A stretch of 64,000 bases of DNA, taken from NCBI GenBank assembly GCA_029258515.1, contig JARHYK010000015.1:1830-65829 (forward strand), read 5' to 3'. Of this stretch, positions 20,681 through 31,077 are shown in pieces. Within the stretch, counting starts at the first letter, position 1. Each line of letters begins with the position of its first letter. Below the pieces are notes generated by a model, which was not told the origin of the DNA, made no database searches, and saw nothing but the letters and a program-made list of their open reading frames with translations. The position numbers were made by a program, and so were the translations under genes. Source of the stretch: Clostridia bacterium (GTDB lineage: Bacteria > Bacillota > Clostridia > TANB77 > CAG-508).

Positions 20681-20761
20681 TAGTCTTAAATAGTAGTATA
20701 TTTATTGTTAAGTTCAGGCAATAAATATGCATAAACATTTAATCTTATAGGAGGTAATAAA

Positions 20762-21040
20762 ATGAACAAAGCTGAATTAATCGCAGCAGTAGCTGCAAAA
20801 ACAGGAGACACAAAAAAAGTAGCAGAAGCTTCAGTAAACGCATTTGTAGAAGTAGTAACAGAAGCATTAAAGAACGAGGAAAAAGTTCAATTAGTTGGAT
20901 TTGGTTCTTTTGAAGTTAGAAAAAGAGCTGCTAGAAAAGGTAGAAACCCACAAACTAAAGAAGAAATCAAAATACCTGCATCAAAAGCTCCAGTATTCAA
21001 AGCTGGTAAAGCATTAAAAGATTTAGTAAACAATAACTAA
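20762..21040 (+). CDS. hup: DNA-binding protein HU
   Basis: [42 protein letters not shown]. Confidence 0.99.
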   Translation: MNKAELIAAVAAKTGDTKKVAEASVNAFVEVVTEALKNEEKVQLVGFGSFEVRKRAARKGRNPQTKEEIKIPASKAPVFKAGKALKDLVNNN

Positions 21041-21070
21041 GAATATAAATATTCATATAAATATATGTGA

Positions 21071-21092
21071 ATTTAATTGATATCAATTAAAT
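21071..21092. repeat. Perfect 22-bp palindrome
   Basis: atttaattgatatcaattaaat. Confidence 0.7.
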
Positions 21093-21130
21093 AAAAATGG
21101 CTGCTAGATACTAATCTAGTAGTCATTTTT
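21093..21130 (+). terminator. Terminator after hup
   Basis: aaaaatggctgctaga/tctagtagtcattttt (G-U pairs) plus T tract. Confidence 0.7.
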
Positions 21131-21332
21131 TATAATTTTCTTTGGTATTCTTTAAAAAGGAGCACGAATAAAATTTGGAAAAGTATAAATAAATATAAAA
21201 ATAGATATTGAGAAACTAAAGCAAAACAACAGATAAAAAATAAATAATATAAGAAAATAAGTGCTAAATTCACTTGTTTTTTTTGCAAATTCGATATATA
21301 ATATGTGAAAAAGTTAAATGGGAGATGATGAT

Positions 21333-21617
21333 ATGAAAGTAAGTAAAGAAGAAATTTTACACATAGCAAACCTAGCAAATTTAGAAATAAATGAAAATGA
21401 AATAGATAAATATTGTAAAAACTTAGAAGAAATTTTAGATTTTGCAGATATAGTAAATAAAGCACCAGTAGAAGAAATGAATATAACAATAGGTGCAAAT
21501 CAAGAAAAAAATGTGTTTAGAAAAGATGAAATAGAAGTATTTGAAGATAACGAAATGTTAATGCAAAATGCACCAGCAAAATCAAGAAATATGTTTGAAA
21601 TACCAAAAGTTTTATAG
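21333..21617 (+). CDS. gatC: Asp/Glu-tRNA amidotransferase subunit C
   Basis: [23 protein letters not shown]...FEIPKV; start set at the ATG after SD gggaga. Confidence 0.93.
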   Translation: MKVSKEEILHIANLANLEINENEIDKYCKNLEEILDFADIVNKAPVEEMNITIGANQEKNVFRKDEIEVFEDNEMLMQNAPAKSRNMFEIPKVL

Positions 21618-21628
21618 GAGGAAAATCA

Positions 21629-23098
21629 ATGGATATTACTAATTTAACAGTACACGAGTTAATGGAAAAATTGCAAAATAAAGATTTAACATCAACTGAA
21701 ATTACAAAAGCATATATAAATAAAATAGACAAAAAAGAAGAAGATGTAAAAGCTTTTGTTACATTATTAAAAGAAGAAGCATTAAAACAAGCAGAACAAA
21801 TAGATAAAAAAAGAGAAAATAAAGAAATTGAAAGCAATGTTGCAGGAATACCAATAGGAATAAAAGATAACATATGCACTAAAGGAGTAAAAACAACCTG
21901 TAGTTCACATATGCTAGAAAATTTTATATCACCATATGATGCAACAGTTATGGAAAAAATAAATAACGAAAATTTAATTAATTTAGGAAAATTAAATATG
22001 GATGAATTTGCAATGGGGGGATCAACAGAATATTCATATTTTAAGAAAACATCAAATCCATGGAATCTAAATAAAGTACCAGGAGGTTCATCAGGAGGAA
22101 GTGCAGCAGCAGTTGCATCAAATATGGTGCCATGGGCATTAGGAAGCGACACAGGAGGATCTATTAGACAACCAGCAAGTTTTTGTGGAGTAGTAGGGCT
22201 AAAACCAACATATGGACTAGTATCAAGATATGGTTTAGTAGCATTTGCATCTTCACTAGATCAAATAGGACCTATTACCAAAGATGTAGAAGATTCAGCA
22301 ATATTATTAAATTTAATAACAGGACATGATAAAAAAGATTCAACATCAGCAAATATAGAGAAAAAAGATTATACTTTAAATTTAAAAAATAACATTAAAG
22401 GAAAAAAAATAGGAGTTCCTAAAGAATTTTTAGGAGAAGGAATAAATAAAGAGGTAAAAGAAAATATTGAAAAAGCAATTGAAAGGTATAAAAATTTAGG
22501 AGCAGAAATTGTAGATATTTCTTTAGACATAGCAAACTATTCACTAGCAACTTACTATATCATAGCATGCGCAGAAGCAAGTTCTAACTTAGGAAGATTT
22601 GATGGAATAAGATATGGATATAGAACAAAAGAATTTAAAGACTTAAAAGATTTATATAAAAAATCAAGAAGTGAAGGATTCGGAGAAGAAGTAAAAAGAA
22701 GAATAATATTAGGAACATATGTATTATCATCAGGATATTATGATGCATATTACAAAAAAGCACAACAAGTTCGTACATTAGTAATGAAAGAATTTAAAAA
22801 GGCATTTGATAAATGTGATGTAATATTAACACCAACAGCACCAACAGTAGCATTTGATATTGGGTCAAAAACAAATAATCCTTTAGAAATGTATCTAGCA
22901 GATATTTACACAGTTTCAGTAAATGTTGCAGGACTTCCTGGAATATCAATACCTTGTGGAGTAGATAAAGAAGGAATGCCAATAGGAATGCAATTAATAG
23001 GAAATAAATTTGAAGAAGATAAAATATTAAATTTAGCATATGCTTTTGAACAAGATATGAAATTTAGAGAAAAATATAAACCAGAATTCAAAAAATAG
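21629..23098 (+). CDS. gatA: Asp/Glu-tRNA amidotransferase subunit A
   Basis: [45 protein letters not shown]. Confidence 0.98.
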   Translation: MDITNLTVHELMEKLQNKDLTSTEITKAYINKIDKKEEDVKAFVTLLKEEALKQAEQIDKKRENKEIESNVAGIPIGIKDNICTKGVKTTCSSHMLENFISPYDATVMEKINNENLINLGKLNMDEFAMGGSTEYSYFKKTSNPWNLNKVPGGSSGGSAAAVASNMVPWALGSDTGGSIRQPASFCGVVGLKPTYGLVSRYGLVAFASSLDQIGPITKDVEDSAILLNLITGHDKKDSTSANIEKKDYTLNLKNNIKGKKIGVPKEFLGEGINKEVKENIEKAIERYKNLGAEIVDISLDIANYSLATYYIIACAEASSNLGRFDGIRYGYRTKEFKDLKDLYKKSRSEGFGEEVKRRIILGTYVLSSGYYDAYYKKAQQVRTLVMKEFKKAFDKCDVILTPTAPTVAFDIGSKTNNPLEMYLADIYTVSVNVAGLPGISIPCGVDKEGMPIGMQLIGNKFEEDKILNLAYAFEQDMKFREKYKPEFKK

Positions 23099-23108
23099 GA
23101 GGAACAAA

Positions 23109-24545
23109 ATGAGTGATTATGAAGTTGTAATAGGATTAGAAGTCCATGCAGAACTTTCAACAAAAACAAAAATATTCTGTTCATGCCCAACAAGCTTTGG
23201 ATCAGAACCAAATACACAGGTATGCCCAGTTTGTATGGGAATGCCAGGAACATTACCAGTCCTAAATGAAAAAGTAGTAGAATATGCAGTAAAAGCAGGA
23301 CTAGCTACAAATTGTGGAATATCAAAAGATTCTAAAAATGATAGAAAAAACTATTTCTATCCAGATACACCAAGGGCATATCAAATCACACAAGATGATA
23401 AACCATTATGCGAAAACGGATATATAGAAATTGATACAAACGAAGGAAAGAAAAAAGTAAGAATACTAAGAATTCATATAGAAGATGATGCAGGAAAATT
23501 AAACCATGATGAATTAAGAGGTGGAAGCTTAGTGGATTTAAATAGAGCTGGAGTACCACTAATTGAAATAGTATCAGAGCCAGACTTAAGAAGTGCTAAA
23601 GAAGTAGAAGAATATTTAAGAAAATTAAAATCAATATTAGAATATATAGAAGTATCTGATTGTAAAATGGAAGAAGGTTCATTAAGAGCAGATGTCAATG
23701 TTTCAGTTAGAAAAATAGGAACAAAAGAATTCGGAACACGTACAGAAATGAAGAATATGAATTCTTTTAGAAGTATAGTAAGAGCAATAGAATATGAATC
23801 AAATAGACAAATAGAAGTACTGGAAAATGGTGGAAAAATATACCAAGAGACATTAAGATGGGATGAAGTATCTGGAAAAACTTTTTCAATGAGAAATAAA
23901 GAAGATGCTCAAGACTATAGATATTTTCCAGAACCAGATTTAGTTGCTATTAAATTATCTGATGAATATATTGAAAATATTAAAAACAACTTACCAGAGT
24001 TGCCAGAATCACGTAAACAAAGATATTTAGAAGAGTGCAAATTATCAGAAAAAGACGCAAATATCATATCATCATCTAAATATTTAGCAGATTTATTTGA
24101 ACAAGCATCAAAGATATGTAATAACTATAAAGCAGTTAATAACTGGATAATATCTGATATTTCTAGAATATTAAATGAAAAAGAAATGGAACCAAAAGAT
24201 ATTCCATTTACAAGCAAAGAATTAGCAAATTTAGTTATACTAATAGACAAAGGAACAATAAGTTCAAGTATTGGTAAAAAAGTATTAGATGAGTTATTTG
24301 AAAATCCAAGAAATCCAGAAGAGATTATAAAAGAAAAAGGATGGATACAAATATCAGATGAAAAAGCAATAAAAGAAATAGTATTAAACATATTAGAAGC
24401 AAATCCACAATCGATAGCGGATTTTAAAGCAGGTAAAGATAGAGCACTAGGATTTTTAGTAGGACAAGCTATGAAACAAACAAAAGGAAAAGCAAATCCT
24501 AAGATGTTAAATGAAATGTTTTTAGAGGAATTGAAAAATAGATAG
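23109..24545 (+). CDS. gatB: Asp/Glu-tRNA amidotransferase subunit B
   Basis: IGLEVHAEL, RKNYFYPD, HIEDDAGK, NRAGVPLIEIVSEPD, DYRYFPEPDL. Confidence 0.98.
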   Translation: MSDYEVVIGLEVHAELSTKTKIFCSCPTSFGSEPNTQVCPVCMGMPGTLPVLNEKVVEYAVKAGLATNCGISKDSKNDRKNYFYPDTPRAYQITQDDKPLCENGYIEIDTNEGKKKVRILRIHIEDDAGKLNHDELRGGSLVDLNRAGVPLIEIVSEPDLRSAKEVEEYLRKLKSILEYIEVSDCKMEEGSLRADVNVSVRKIGTKEFGTRTEMKNMNSFRSIVRAIEYESNRQIEVLENGGKIYQETLRWDEVSGKTFSMRNKEDAQDYRYFPEPDLVAIKLSDEYIENIKNNLPELPESRKQRYLEECKLSEKDANIISSSKYLADLFEQASKICNNYKAVNNWIISDISRILNEKEMEPKDIPFTSKELANLVILIDKGTISSSIGKKVLDELFENPRNPEEIIKEKGWIQISDEKAIKEIVLNILEANPQSIADFKAGKDRALGFLVGQAMKQTKGKANPKMLNEMFLEELKNR

Positions 24546-24548
24546 CTT

Positions 24549-24584
24549 AAAAAAAGAAATTGAATTAAATCAATTTCTTTTTTA
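24549..24584. terminator. Bidirectional terminator after gatB
   Basis: aaaaaaagaaattga/tcaatttctttttt. Confidence 0.65.
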
Positions 24585-24816
24585 TGCTATCTACAACAAT
24601 TCCACAAATTAAAAATTCAATAGAAAATATCAAACTCATTTTAAATAAACCAACTCCAGCAACAAATAAATAAGGATTAGAATATAAAAAAATATAAATT
24701 AAAAGAGAAAAAACAGAAATTATACATAAAAGAAAGCAAAACTTAAATCCATTTTTCATTATTAAAAGTGTTTTATTCTCTAGATTTTTGATTATATTTT
24801 TAACTTTATTAATCAT
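24565..24816 (-). CDS. Small two-TM membrane protein, unknown function
   Basis: SD tggtga before the ATG; two hydrophobic helices. Confidence 0.6.
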   Translation of the reverse strand: MINKVKNIIKNLENKTLLIMKNGFKFCFLLCIISVFSLLIYIFLYSNPYLFVAGVGLFKMSLIFSIEFLICGIVVDSIKKKLI

Positions 24817-24988
24817 ATGTATCACCAATAATATAGTAACATTTTATTTTATTTGTTGCAATGGAAATAAAAGGATAAACATTTTTTTAAATAACGAAAA
24901 ACTAAAAATTTGAAAAATTATTAGTTTTGTAGTATAATTATATTAGATAAATAATATCTTAGATGGGCTAAGTACAGGAGGAGATAAT

Positions 24989-25249
24989 ATGACAAAAATG
25001 AGAAAAATAAGAAAAGCAACAATGAAAATTTTCTTAACAGAAATTCGGTTCAAATTTACAGATAGAGAAGTATTGCTAAATGTCTATGAAGAAATTGAAG
25101 AAGAATTGAATTCAGAAAGTTCAAAATTAGTAGAAATAAGTGAGGAACCACAGTGTTTTATGTGGATTCCATTACCAAAGATGATTGGCACTGACATTCA
25201 AAAAGTAATAGAAATTGTTGATAATAATGTAGATATTTTAGAAAATTAA
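24989..25249 (+). CDS. Hypothetical acidic protein (86 aa) containing an in-frame CGG in an unbroken ORF
   Basis: Strong SD aggaggag; ORF is open through CGG at codon 20; Ile codons are mostly ATT, unlike neighbouring plus-strand genes. Confidence 0.6.
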   Translation: MTKMRKIRKATMKIFLTEIRFKFTDREVLLNVYEEIEEELNSESSKLVEISEEPQCFMWIPLPKMIGTDIQKVIEIVDNNVDILEN

Positions 25250-25263
25250 ATATAATGCCCATC

Positions 25264-25296
25264 AAAAACCACCCATGATAATCACGGGTGGTTTTT
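25264..25296. terminator. GC-rich hairpin between convergent genes (bidirectional terminator; resembles IS200/IS605 end hairpins)
   Basis: aaaaaccacccatga-taa-tcacgggtggttttt. Confidence 0.6.
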
Positions 25297-25327
25297 AATA
25301 AAAACTATGCATAATCTTTATTTTGCT

Positions 25328-25594
25328 TTACGCAATTGCTTTGTTTAATTTTTTAGATAAATTTGATTTTTTTCTAGCAGCTGTATTTTTAACAATAACA
25401 CCTTTAGCACAAGCTTGGTCTACTTTTTTTGTAGCTACAGAAAATAATGTTTTAGCTTCATCTATATTTCCAGCTTCAATAGCTTGTTCGAATTTTTTGA
25501 TAGCTGATTTATATCCAGATTTTATCATATTATTTCTTAAAGTTTTTTTCTCTATTACTTTAACTCTTTTCTTTGCTGATTTAATATTTGGCAT
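25328..25594 (-). CDS. rpsT: 30S ribosomal protein S20
   Basis: [26 protein letters not shown]; SD ggaggtg. Confidence 0.98.
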   Translation of the reverse strand: MPNIKSAKKRVKVIEKKTLRNNMIKSGYKSAIKKFEQAIEAGNIDEAKTLFSVATKKVDQACAKGVIVKNTAARKKSNLSKKLNKAIA

Positions 25595-25766
25595 GTTTAG
25601 CACCTCCTCTTAGTCTATATTACACTATAACATTAGCTATTCTACCATATTTTTTATATTTTTGCAAGTATTTATGAAAAAATTATGATTATTTTTAATT
25701 TTTATTGTAAAGTGTTTAAAATTGTGATATATTGTAAAATATATAGGAAGAAGTGGAGGGATAAAA

Positions 25767-26213
25767 ATGATAGCACTAGGTTGTGATCATGGAGGTTACA
25801 AATTAAAAGAAGAAATAAAAAGATATTTAGATGAAAAGAAAATAGAATACAAAGATTATGGAACATATAATGAAGAAAGAACAGATTATCCAATTTATGC
25901 AAGTAAAGTAGCAAAAGCAGTTTCTACGAAAGAAGCAAATAAAGGAATTTTAATATGCCGTTCAGGTTGTGGAATGACTATTGTTGCAAATAAATTTAAA
26001 AATGTAAGAGCAGGATTAGTATATAATGAAGAAGGAGCAAAATTAGCAAAAGCAGATGACGATATAAATGTACTAACATTGGGAGGAGATAATACAACAG
26101 TAAATGAAGCGATATGTATAGTTAGAAACTGGTTAGGAACAGAATTTAAAGGTGGAAAATATCAAGAAAGAATAGGAATGATAGAAAAAATAGAAAAAGA
26201 AAATATGAAATAA
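25767..26213 (+). CDS. rpiB: Ribose-5-phosphate isomerase B
   Basis: IALGCDHGGY, TDYPIYA, GILICRSGCGM..ANKFK.VRA, FKGGKYQERI. Confidence 0.93.
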   Translation: MIALGCDHGGYKLKEEIKRYLDEKKIEYKDYGTYNEERTDYPIYASKVAKAVSTKEANKGILICRSGCGMTIVANKFKNVRAGLVYNEEGAKLAKADDDINVLTLGGDNTTVNEAICIVRNWLGTEFKGGKYQERIGMIEKIEKENMK

Positions 26214-26228
26214 GAAGGAGATTTTAAT

Positions 26229-27470
26229 ATGTGGGGAGATATTGCGATTGCTTTTGTTTTAGCTTTTGTAGTAGCATTTGTTGCTACACCATATACAATT
26301 AAATTTGCAAAAAAGCATGGGATATTAGACATACCAAAAGATAAAAGAAGAACACATAAAAGAACCATTCCAAGATTTGGAGGACCAGCAGTAATATTAG
26401 GATTTTTAGTTTCAGCAATATATTTATTATTAGTAATGAATCTAGAAAAATCAATTAATTTATGTGGAATAGAACAATATGGAAAAAAATTATTAGGATT
26501 TTTGCTAGGTGTAATAATACTAACGGTATTTTGCATAGTAGATGATATAAAAACAATTAAGCCAATAACGAAGCTAATAGGACAAATACTAGCTACAGTT
26601 TGTGTTATATCAATGGGAATAAAAATAGAAGGAATAACATTACCATTTTTAAACTTTCCGCAAATAGGAGAAATAACATCAATTTTAATAACATTAGCGT
26701 GGATAATAATAGTTACAAATGCAATAAACTTAATTGATGGTTTAGATGGACTATCATCAGGTATATCAGTAATATCTGCCACATCCTTATTGATAATATT
26801 TGTACTAAATGGCTCATCATTTATTTCAATAGTATTAATAACGGCATTAGCAGGTGCATTAGTTGGATTTTTACCATATAATTTTTCACCAGCAAAAACA
26901 TTTTTAGGTGATACAGGATCTAACTTCTTAGGGTTTTCATTAGCAGTAATATCAATATTAGGTTCTGCTAAAACATATACAGCAGCAGTTATAGTACTAC
27001 CTTTGATAGTATTAGGATTACCAATATTTGATACAATGATGGCAATAATAAGAAGATTAATTAAAGGAAAATCTGTAAAAGCAATATTTAAAGCGGATAA
27101 AGGCCATTTACATCATAAACTATTAGCAAAAGGACACAATCAAAAACAAGCAGTTATGATATTATATGGAGTTAGTGCAATTTTAGGACTTTTTGCAATA
27201 ATACTAACAGATAGTGGAATACTAAAAGCAATTTCGTTTTTATTAATAGTAATTGTTGCAATAATTGCAGGATACAAAAACCTAGAAACTACAAAAACAG
27301 GAAAAGAATGTTATGAATGTATTCAATGTAAATATATATATAATCCAAAAGTAGGAAATGAAAAAGCAGGAATAAAACCAGGGACAGAATTTGGAAAACT
27401 TCCAGACGAATGGGTTTGCCCAGTATGTGGGGAAGGAAAAGATATGTTTCAAATACATTTAGATAATTAA
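26229..27470 (+). CDS. tagO: Undecaprenyl-phosphate GlcNAc-1-phosphate transferase (TagO/WecA, GT4) with a C-terminal rubredoxin domain
   Basis: [30 protein letters not shown]; C-terminal CIQC...WVCPVCG; follows rpiB. Confidence 0.88.
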   Translation: MWGDIAIAFVLAFVVAFVATPYTIKFAKKHGILDIPKDKRRTHKRTIPRFGGPAVILGFLVSAIYLLLVMNLEKSINLCGIEQYGKKLLGFLLGVIILTVFCIVDDIKTIKPITKLIGQILATVCVISMGIKIEGITLPFLNFPQIGEITSILITLAWIIIVTNAINLIDGLDGLSSGISVISATSLLIIFVLNGSSFISIVLITALAGALVGFLPYNFSPAKTFLGDTGSNFLGFSLAVISILGSAKTYTAAVIVLPLIVLGLPIFDTMMAIIRRLIKGKSVKAIFKADKGHLHHKLLAKGHNQKQAVMILYGVSAILGLFAIILTDSGILKAISFLLIVIVAIIAGYKNLETTKTGKECYECIQCKYIYNPKVGNEKAGIKPGTEFGKLPDEWVCPVCGEGKDMFQIHLDN

Positions 27471-27489
27471 TAAAAAAGGAGGAAAGAAA

Positions 27490-27645
27490 ATGTACGTATG
27501 TATAGCATGTGGGTATATATATGACCCAGAAAAAGGAGATCCAGATAGTGGAATAGCTCCAGGAACAGCATTTGAAGACATACCAGATACTTGGGTTTGC
27601 CCAATATGTGGAGTTGGAAAAGATATGTTTGAAAAACAAGATTAA
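27490..27645 (+). CDS. rub: Rubredoxin (51 aa; below the ORF-track cutoff)
   Basis: [51 protein letters not shown]; SD aggagg. Confidence 0.97.
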   Translation: MYVCIACGYIYDPEKGDPDSGIAPGTAFEDIPDTWVCPICGVGKDMFEKQD

Positions 27646-27650
27646 AGAAT

Positions 27651-27689
27651 AAAAATAGTATACAATATTTGTTATTGTATACTATTTTT
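27651..27689 (+). terminator. Terminator after rubredoxin
   Basis: aaaaatagtatacaata/tattgtatactattttt. Confidence 0.7.
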
Positions 27690-27771
27690 ATTGTAAAATA
27701 TAAAACTATACTAGACAGATTTAAAAAAATGTTGTAAACTAGTATAAGTAATAAAAAAGAAAGGAAAAAAT

Positions 27772-28665
27772 ATGAACGACAAAATAATTAAAATGTTAGC
27801 ATATGATGGTAGAGTATCAGTAATATGTGCAGATACAACAAACCTAGTAGAAAAAGCAAGAAAAATACATGACTTAAGTCCAGTAGCAACATCAGCATTT
27901 GGTAGGCTTCTTACAATAGCAAGTATAATGGGAACATCAATGAAATCACAAAAACATAAATTAACAATACAAGTAAAAGGAAATGGACCATTAGGAACAA
28001 TGCTTGTAACAGCAAATAATTTTCCAATAGTAAAAGGTTATGTAGCAAACCCACTTGTAGATATTCCATTAAATGAAGATGGGAAATTAGACATAAGCTC
28101 AGCAGTTGGAAATATAGGGTATATAAATGTAATAAAAGATATAGGATTAAAAGAACCATATGTAGGAATATGTCCTTTAGTTTCAGGAGAGTTAGCAGAA
28201 GATTTTGCTAAATATTATGAAACATCAGAACAAAAAGAAACAGCAGTAGGACTAGGAGTATTACTAAATAAAGAGGGAGTACAAACATCAGGGGGATATG
28301 TAATATCACCTATGCCAGATGCAACAAGTGAAGATATTTCTAACATTGAACAAAATATATTTAAAGCAGGAGCAATATCAAAAATGTTAGCTAATAATTT
28401 AACATTAGAAGAAATAGCAAAAAAGATAACAGGAGATGAAAATGCTAAAGTAATAGAAGAAAATATTATGCCTATATATGAATGTGATTGTTCAAAAGAA
28501 AATATGTCTAAGCATTTAATTGCATTGGGAAAAGAAGAATTAGAAGATATAATAAAAGAAGACGGAAAAGCCGAATTAGTATGTCATTTTTGCAGTAAAA
28601 AATATCAATTTTCTAAAGAAGAATTAATAGAATTATCAAAAGAAGCAAAAATATTAAAAAAATAA
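27772..28665 (+). CDS. hslO: Hsp33 redox-regulated chaperone
   Basis: HDLSPVATSAFGRLL, LVSGELAEDF..Y..SEQ, YECDCS...CHFC zinc centre. Confidence 0.96.
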   Translation: MNDKIIKMLAYDGRVSVICADTTNLVEKARKIHDLSPVATSAFGRLLTIASIMGTSMKSQKHKLTIQVKGNGPLGTMLVTANNFPIVKGYVANPLVDIPLNEDGKLDISSAVGNIGYINVIKDIGLKEPYVGICPLVSGELAEDFAKYYETSEQKETAVGLGVLLNKEGVQTSGGYVISPMPDATSEDISNIEQNIFKAGAISKMLANNLTLEEIAKKITGDENAKVIEENIMPIYECDCSKENMSKHLIALGKEELEDIIKEDGKAELVCHFCSKKYQFSKEELIELSKEAKILKK

Positions 28666-28685
28666 TAAAAAAGGAAGGTATAATT

Positions 28686-29615
28686 ATGGAAAAAAATGAA
28701 GAAAAAATTTATGTATTTGGACACAAAAACCCTGATACTGACTCAATATGCTCATCATTAGTAGAAGCAAGTTTTGCTAAAAAAAATGGATGTAATGCAG
28801 AAGCTGTAAGATTAGGGAATGTGAATAAAGAAACTAAATATGTATTAGATTATTTAGGAATAGAAGAACCAAGACTATTAGAAGAAGTAGAAGAAGGACA
28901 AAGTGTAATATTAGTAGATCATAACGAATTTACACAAAGTGTAAAAGGAATAGAAAATGCAAAAATAGAAGCAGTAATAGATCATCATAGAATAGCAGAC
29001 ATCAAAACATCAACACCATTATATTACACAGCAAAACCATATGGTTGTACTTCTACAATACTATATGAAGAAAACAAAAACAAAATTGAAATAGGAAAAA
29101 TAGAAGCAACATTAATGGCAAGTGCAATAATATCAGATACATTACTATTAAAATCACCAACAACAACAAAATATGACGAAAAAGCATTAGAAGAATTAGC
29201 TAAAATTGCAGAAATTAATGTAGAAGAATATGGATTAGAAATGTTAAAAGCAGGAACAAATTTAGACGATTTTTCAGTAGAAGAATTAATAAACTTAGAT
29301 GCTAAAAAAATGGAGATAAATGGTAAAACTATAGTAATAGCACAAGTTAATACAGTTAGCATAGAAGATAGTTTAAAAAGAAAAGAACAATTAGAAAAAG
29401 CAATGGAAGACGAAATAAATAATAGCAAATTAGATTTATTTGTTTTAGCAATAACAGATATATTAAATAGTAATTCACAATTGATAGCTTTAGGAAAAGA
29501 AAGAGAAGTAGTAGAAAAAGGATTTAATAAAAAAATAGAAAATAATATGATATTTGCAGAAGGGGTAGTATCAAGAAAAAAACAAATACTACCAGCAATA
29601 GATAAAAATATATAA
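28686..29615 (+). CDS. ppaC: Mn-dependent inorganic pyrophosphatase (family II)
   Basis: GHKNPDTDS, LVDHNE, IDHH, SDT, VVSRKKQ. Confidence 0.96.
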   Translation: MEKNEEKIYVFGHKNPDTDSICSSLVEASFAKKNGCNAEAVRLGNVNKETKYVLDYLGIEEPRLLEEVEEGQSVILVDHNEFTQSVKGIENAKIEAVIDHHRIADIKTSTPLYYTAKPYGCTSTILYEENKNKIEIGKIEATLMASAIISDTLLLKSPTTTKYDEKALEELAKIAEINVEEYGLEMLKAGTNLDDFSVEELINLDAKKMEINGKTIVIAQVNTVSIEDSLKRKEQLEKAMEDEINNSKLDLFVLAITDILNSNSQLIALGKEREVVEKGFNKKIENNMIFAEGVVSRKKQILPAIDKNI

Positions 29616-29621
29616 AACCAT

Positions 29622-29664
29622 AATAAAAAAGTGCATTTTTAAAATAGAAATGTACTTTTTTATT
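29622..29664 (+). terminator. Terminator after ppaC
   Basis: aataaaaaagtgcattt/aaatgtacttttttatt. Confidence 0.6.
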
Positions 29665-29770
29665 GTTCAAAATGCCATTAAAAGCCTAAAATTTGACTTT
29701 TTGGAGAAATTGTAGTATAATTAAACACATGCACGTTAAAAAAACATATAATAAAATAAGGAGTAAAAAA

Positions 29771-31045
29771 ATGAAAAATAAAACAAGCATAAAAAATGTG
29801 CTAATATTAACTATTATAGCAATAACTATAACAATGATTAGCCTATTTTTTATAAATATTAGTTTAGCATCAAACTCAGCCAAAATCGTAGTAGAAACAG
29901 CAAATCTTAGAGAAACAGCATCAACTAATTCTAAAATATTAGAATTAGTAAATAAGAATGAAAATGTAGAAGTGCTAGAAAAAAATGGTGAATGGACAAA
30001 GGTTAAATATAAAGGAATAGAAGGATATATTAAAACTGAATTAATAAATATAAAGCAAGAAGAAAAAAACGAAGAAAAACCTGTAGAACCAGAATCAAAA
30101 GTACAAAATATAGAAATGACAGAAAATAAAGTAGAAAACAATGAAGAAATAAAAGGAAAATATAAAGTAAAAGAAGATACTACATTAAAAGTAATACCAT
30201 TAATAAATTCATTAGATGTAGAAAAAATAAATAAAGATACAGAAATAGAACTTATAGATATAATGAATAATTGGGCAAATATTATTGTTAATGGAAGGCA
30301 AGGTTGGGTTAGATATGAAAAACTAGAAAAAATATTACCAATAGTAGAACCAGAAAAGAAAGTAGAACAAGAACAAGAAGAACCTAAAAAAACAGAACAA
30401 GTATCTAAAAAAATGTATATAAATTCAGAAACAGTTAATGTAAGAAGTAAAGCTGATAAAAATTCAAATTTGGTAATGCAAATTGCAAAAAATGAACAAG
30501 TAGAAGTACTAGCAGCTGAAAACGGATGGAGTAAAATAAAATACAATAATAAAGAAGGATATATATTATCATCTTTATTATCAACAAAAAAACAAGAAAC
30601 AACTAGAGGTATGGAAGGACCAAGAAAAGTAAAAGAAACTAAACAAAAAAATAATGAAAAAGAAGAACCAACAAAAAATGATGCTACATCAACAAACAAA
30701 GGTGCAAGTATTGTAGAATATGCAAAACAATTTATAGGAACAAAATATGTAAGTGGAGGTAATTCACCTAAAACAGGATTTGACTGTTCAGGCTTTACAT
30801 CATATGTATATAAACACTTTGGAATATCTTTACCACGTACAGCAGACGCACAAGCAAAAGTAGGAACACCAGTAAATAGAGCAAATTTACAACCAGGTGA
30901 TTTAGTCTGCTATAAAGGACATGTAGCAATATATGTAGGAAATGGGAATGTTATACATGCACCAAGACCAGGAAAAAAAGTGTGTATTGTATCATTAGAT
31001 TATGCAGGTCATGGATTTATAGGGGGAAGAAGAATAGTAAATTAA
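29771..31045 (+). CDS. Secreted peptidoglycan endopeptidase: three SH3b domains plus NlpC/P60
   Basis: Signal peptide; three SH3_3-like repeats (NLRE...GEWTKVKYKGIEGY; ...WANIIVNGRQGWV; NVRS...GWSKIKYNNKEGY); GFDCSG, HVAIYVG, VIHA. Confidence 0.92.
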   Translation: MKNKTSIKNVLILTIIAITITMISLFFINISLASNSAKIVVETANLRETASTNSKILELVNKNENVEVLEKNGEWTKVKYKGIEGYIKTELINIKQEEKNEEKPVEPESKVQNIEMTENKVENNEEIKGKYKVKEDTTLKVIPLINSLDVEKINKDTEIELIDIMNNWANIIVNGRQGWVRYEKLEKILPIVEPEKKVEQEQEEPKKTEQVSKKMYINSETVNVRSKADKNSNLVMQIAKNEQVEVLAAENGWSKIKYNNKEGYILSSLLSTKKQETTRGMEGPRKVKETKQKNNEKEEPTKNDATSTNKGASIVEYAKQFIGTKYVSGGNSPKTGFDCSGFTSYVYKHFGISLPRTADAQAKVGTPVNRANLQPGDLVCYKGHVAIYVGNGNVIHAPRPGKKVCIVSLDYAGHGFIGGRRIVN

Positions 31046-31077
31046 GAACATATATCATTAAAGGAGAAATAAATATA

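Noticed and set aside
21131-21332. T-box riboswitch upstream of gatCAB
   Set aside because: No T-box consensus (AAGGTGGxACC-type antiterminator) or specifier stem could be found.
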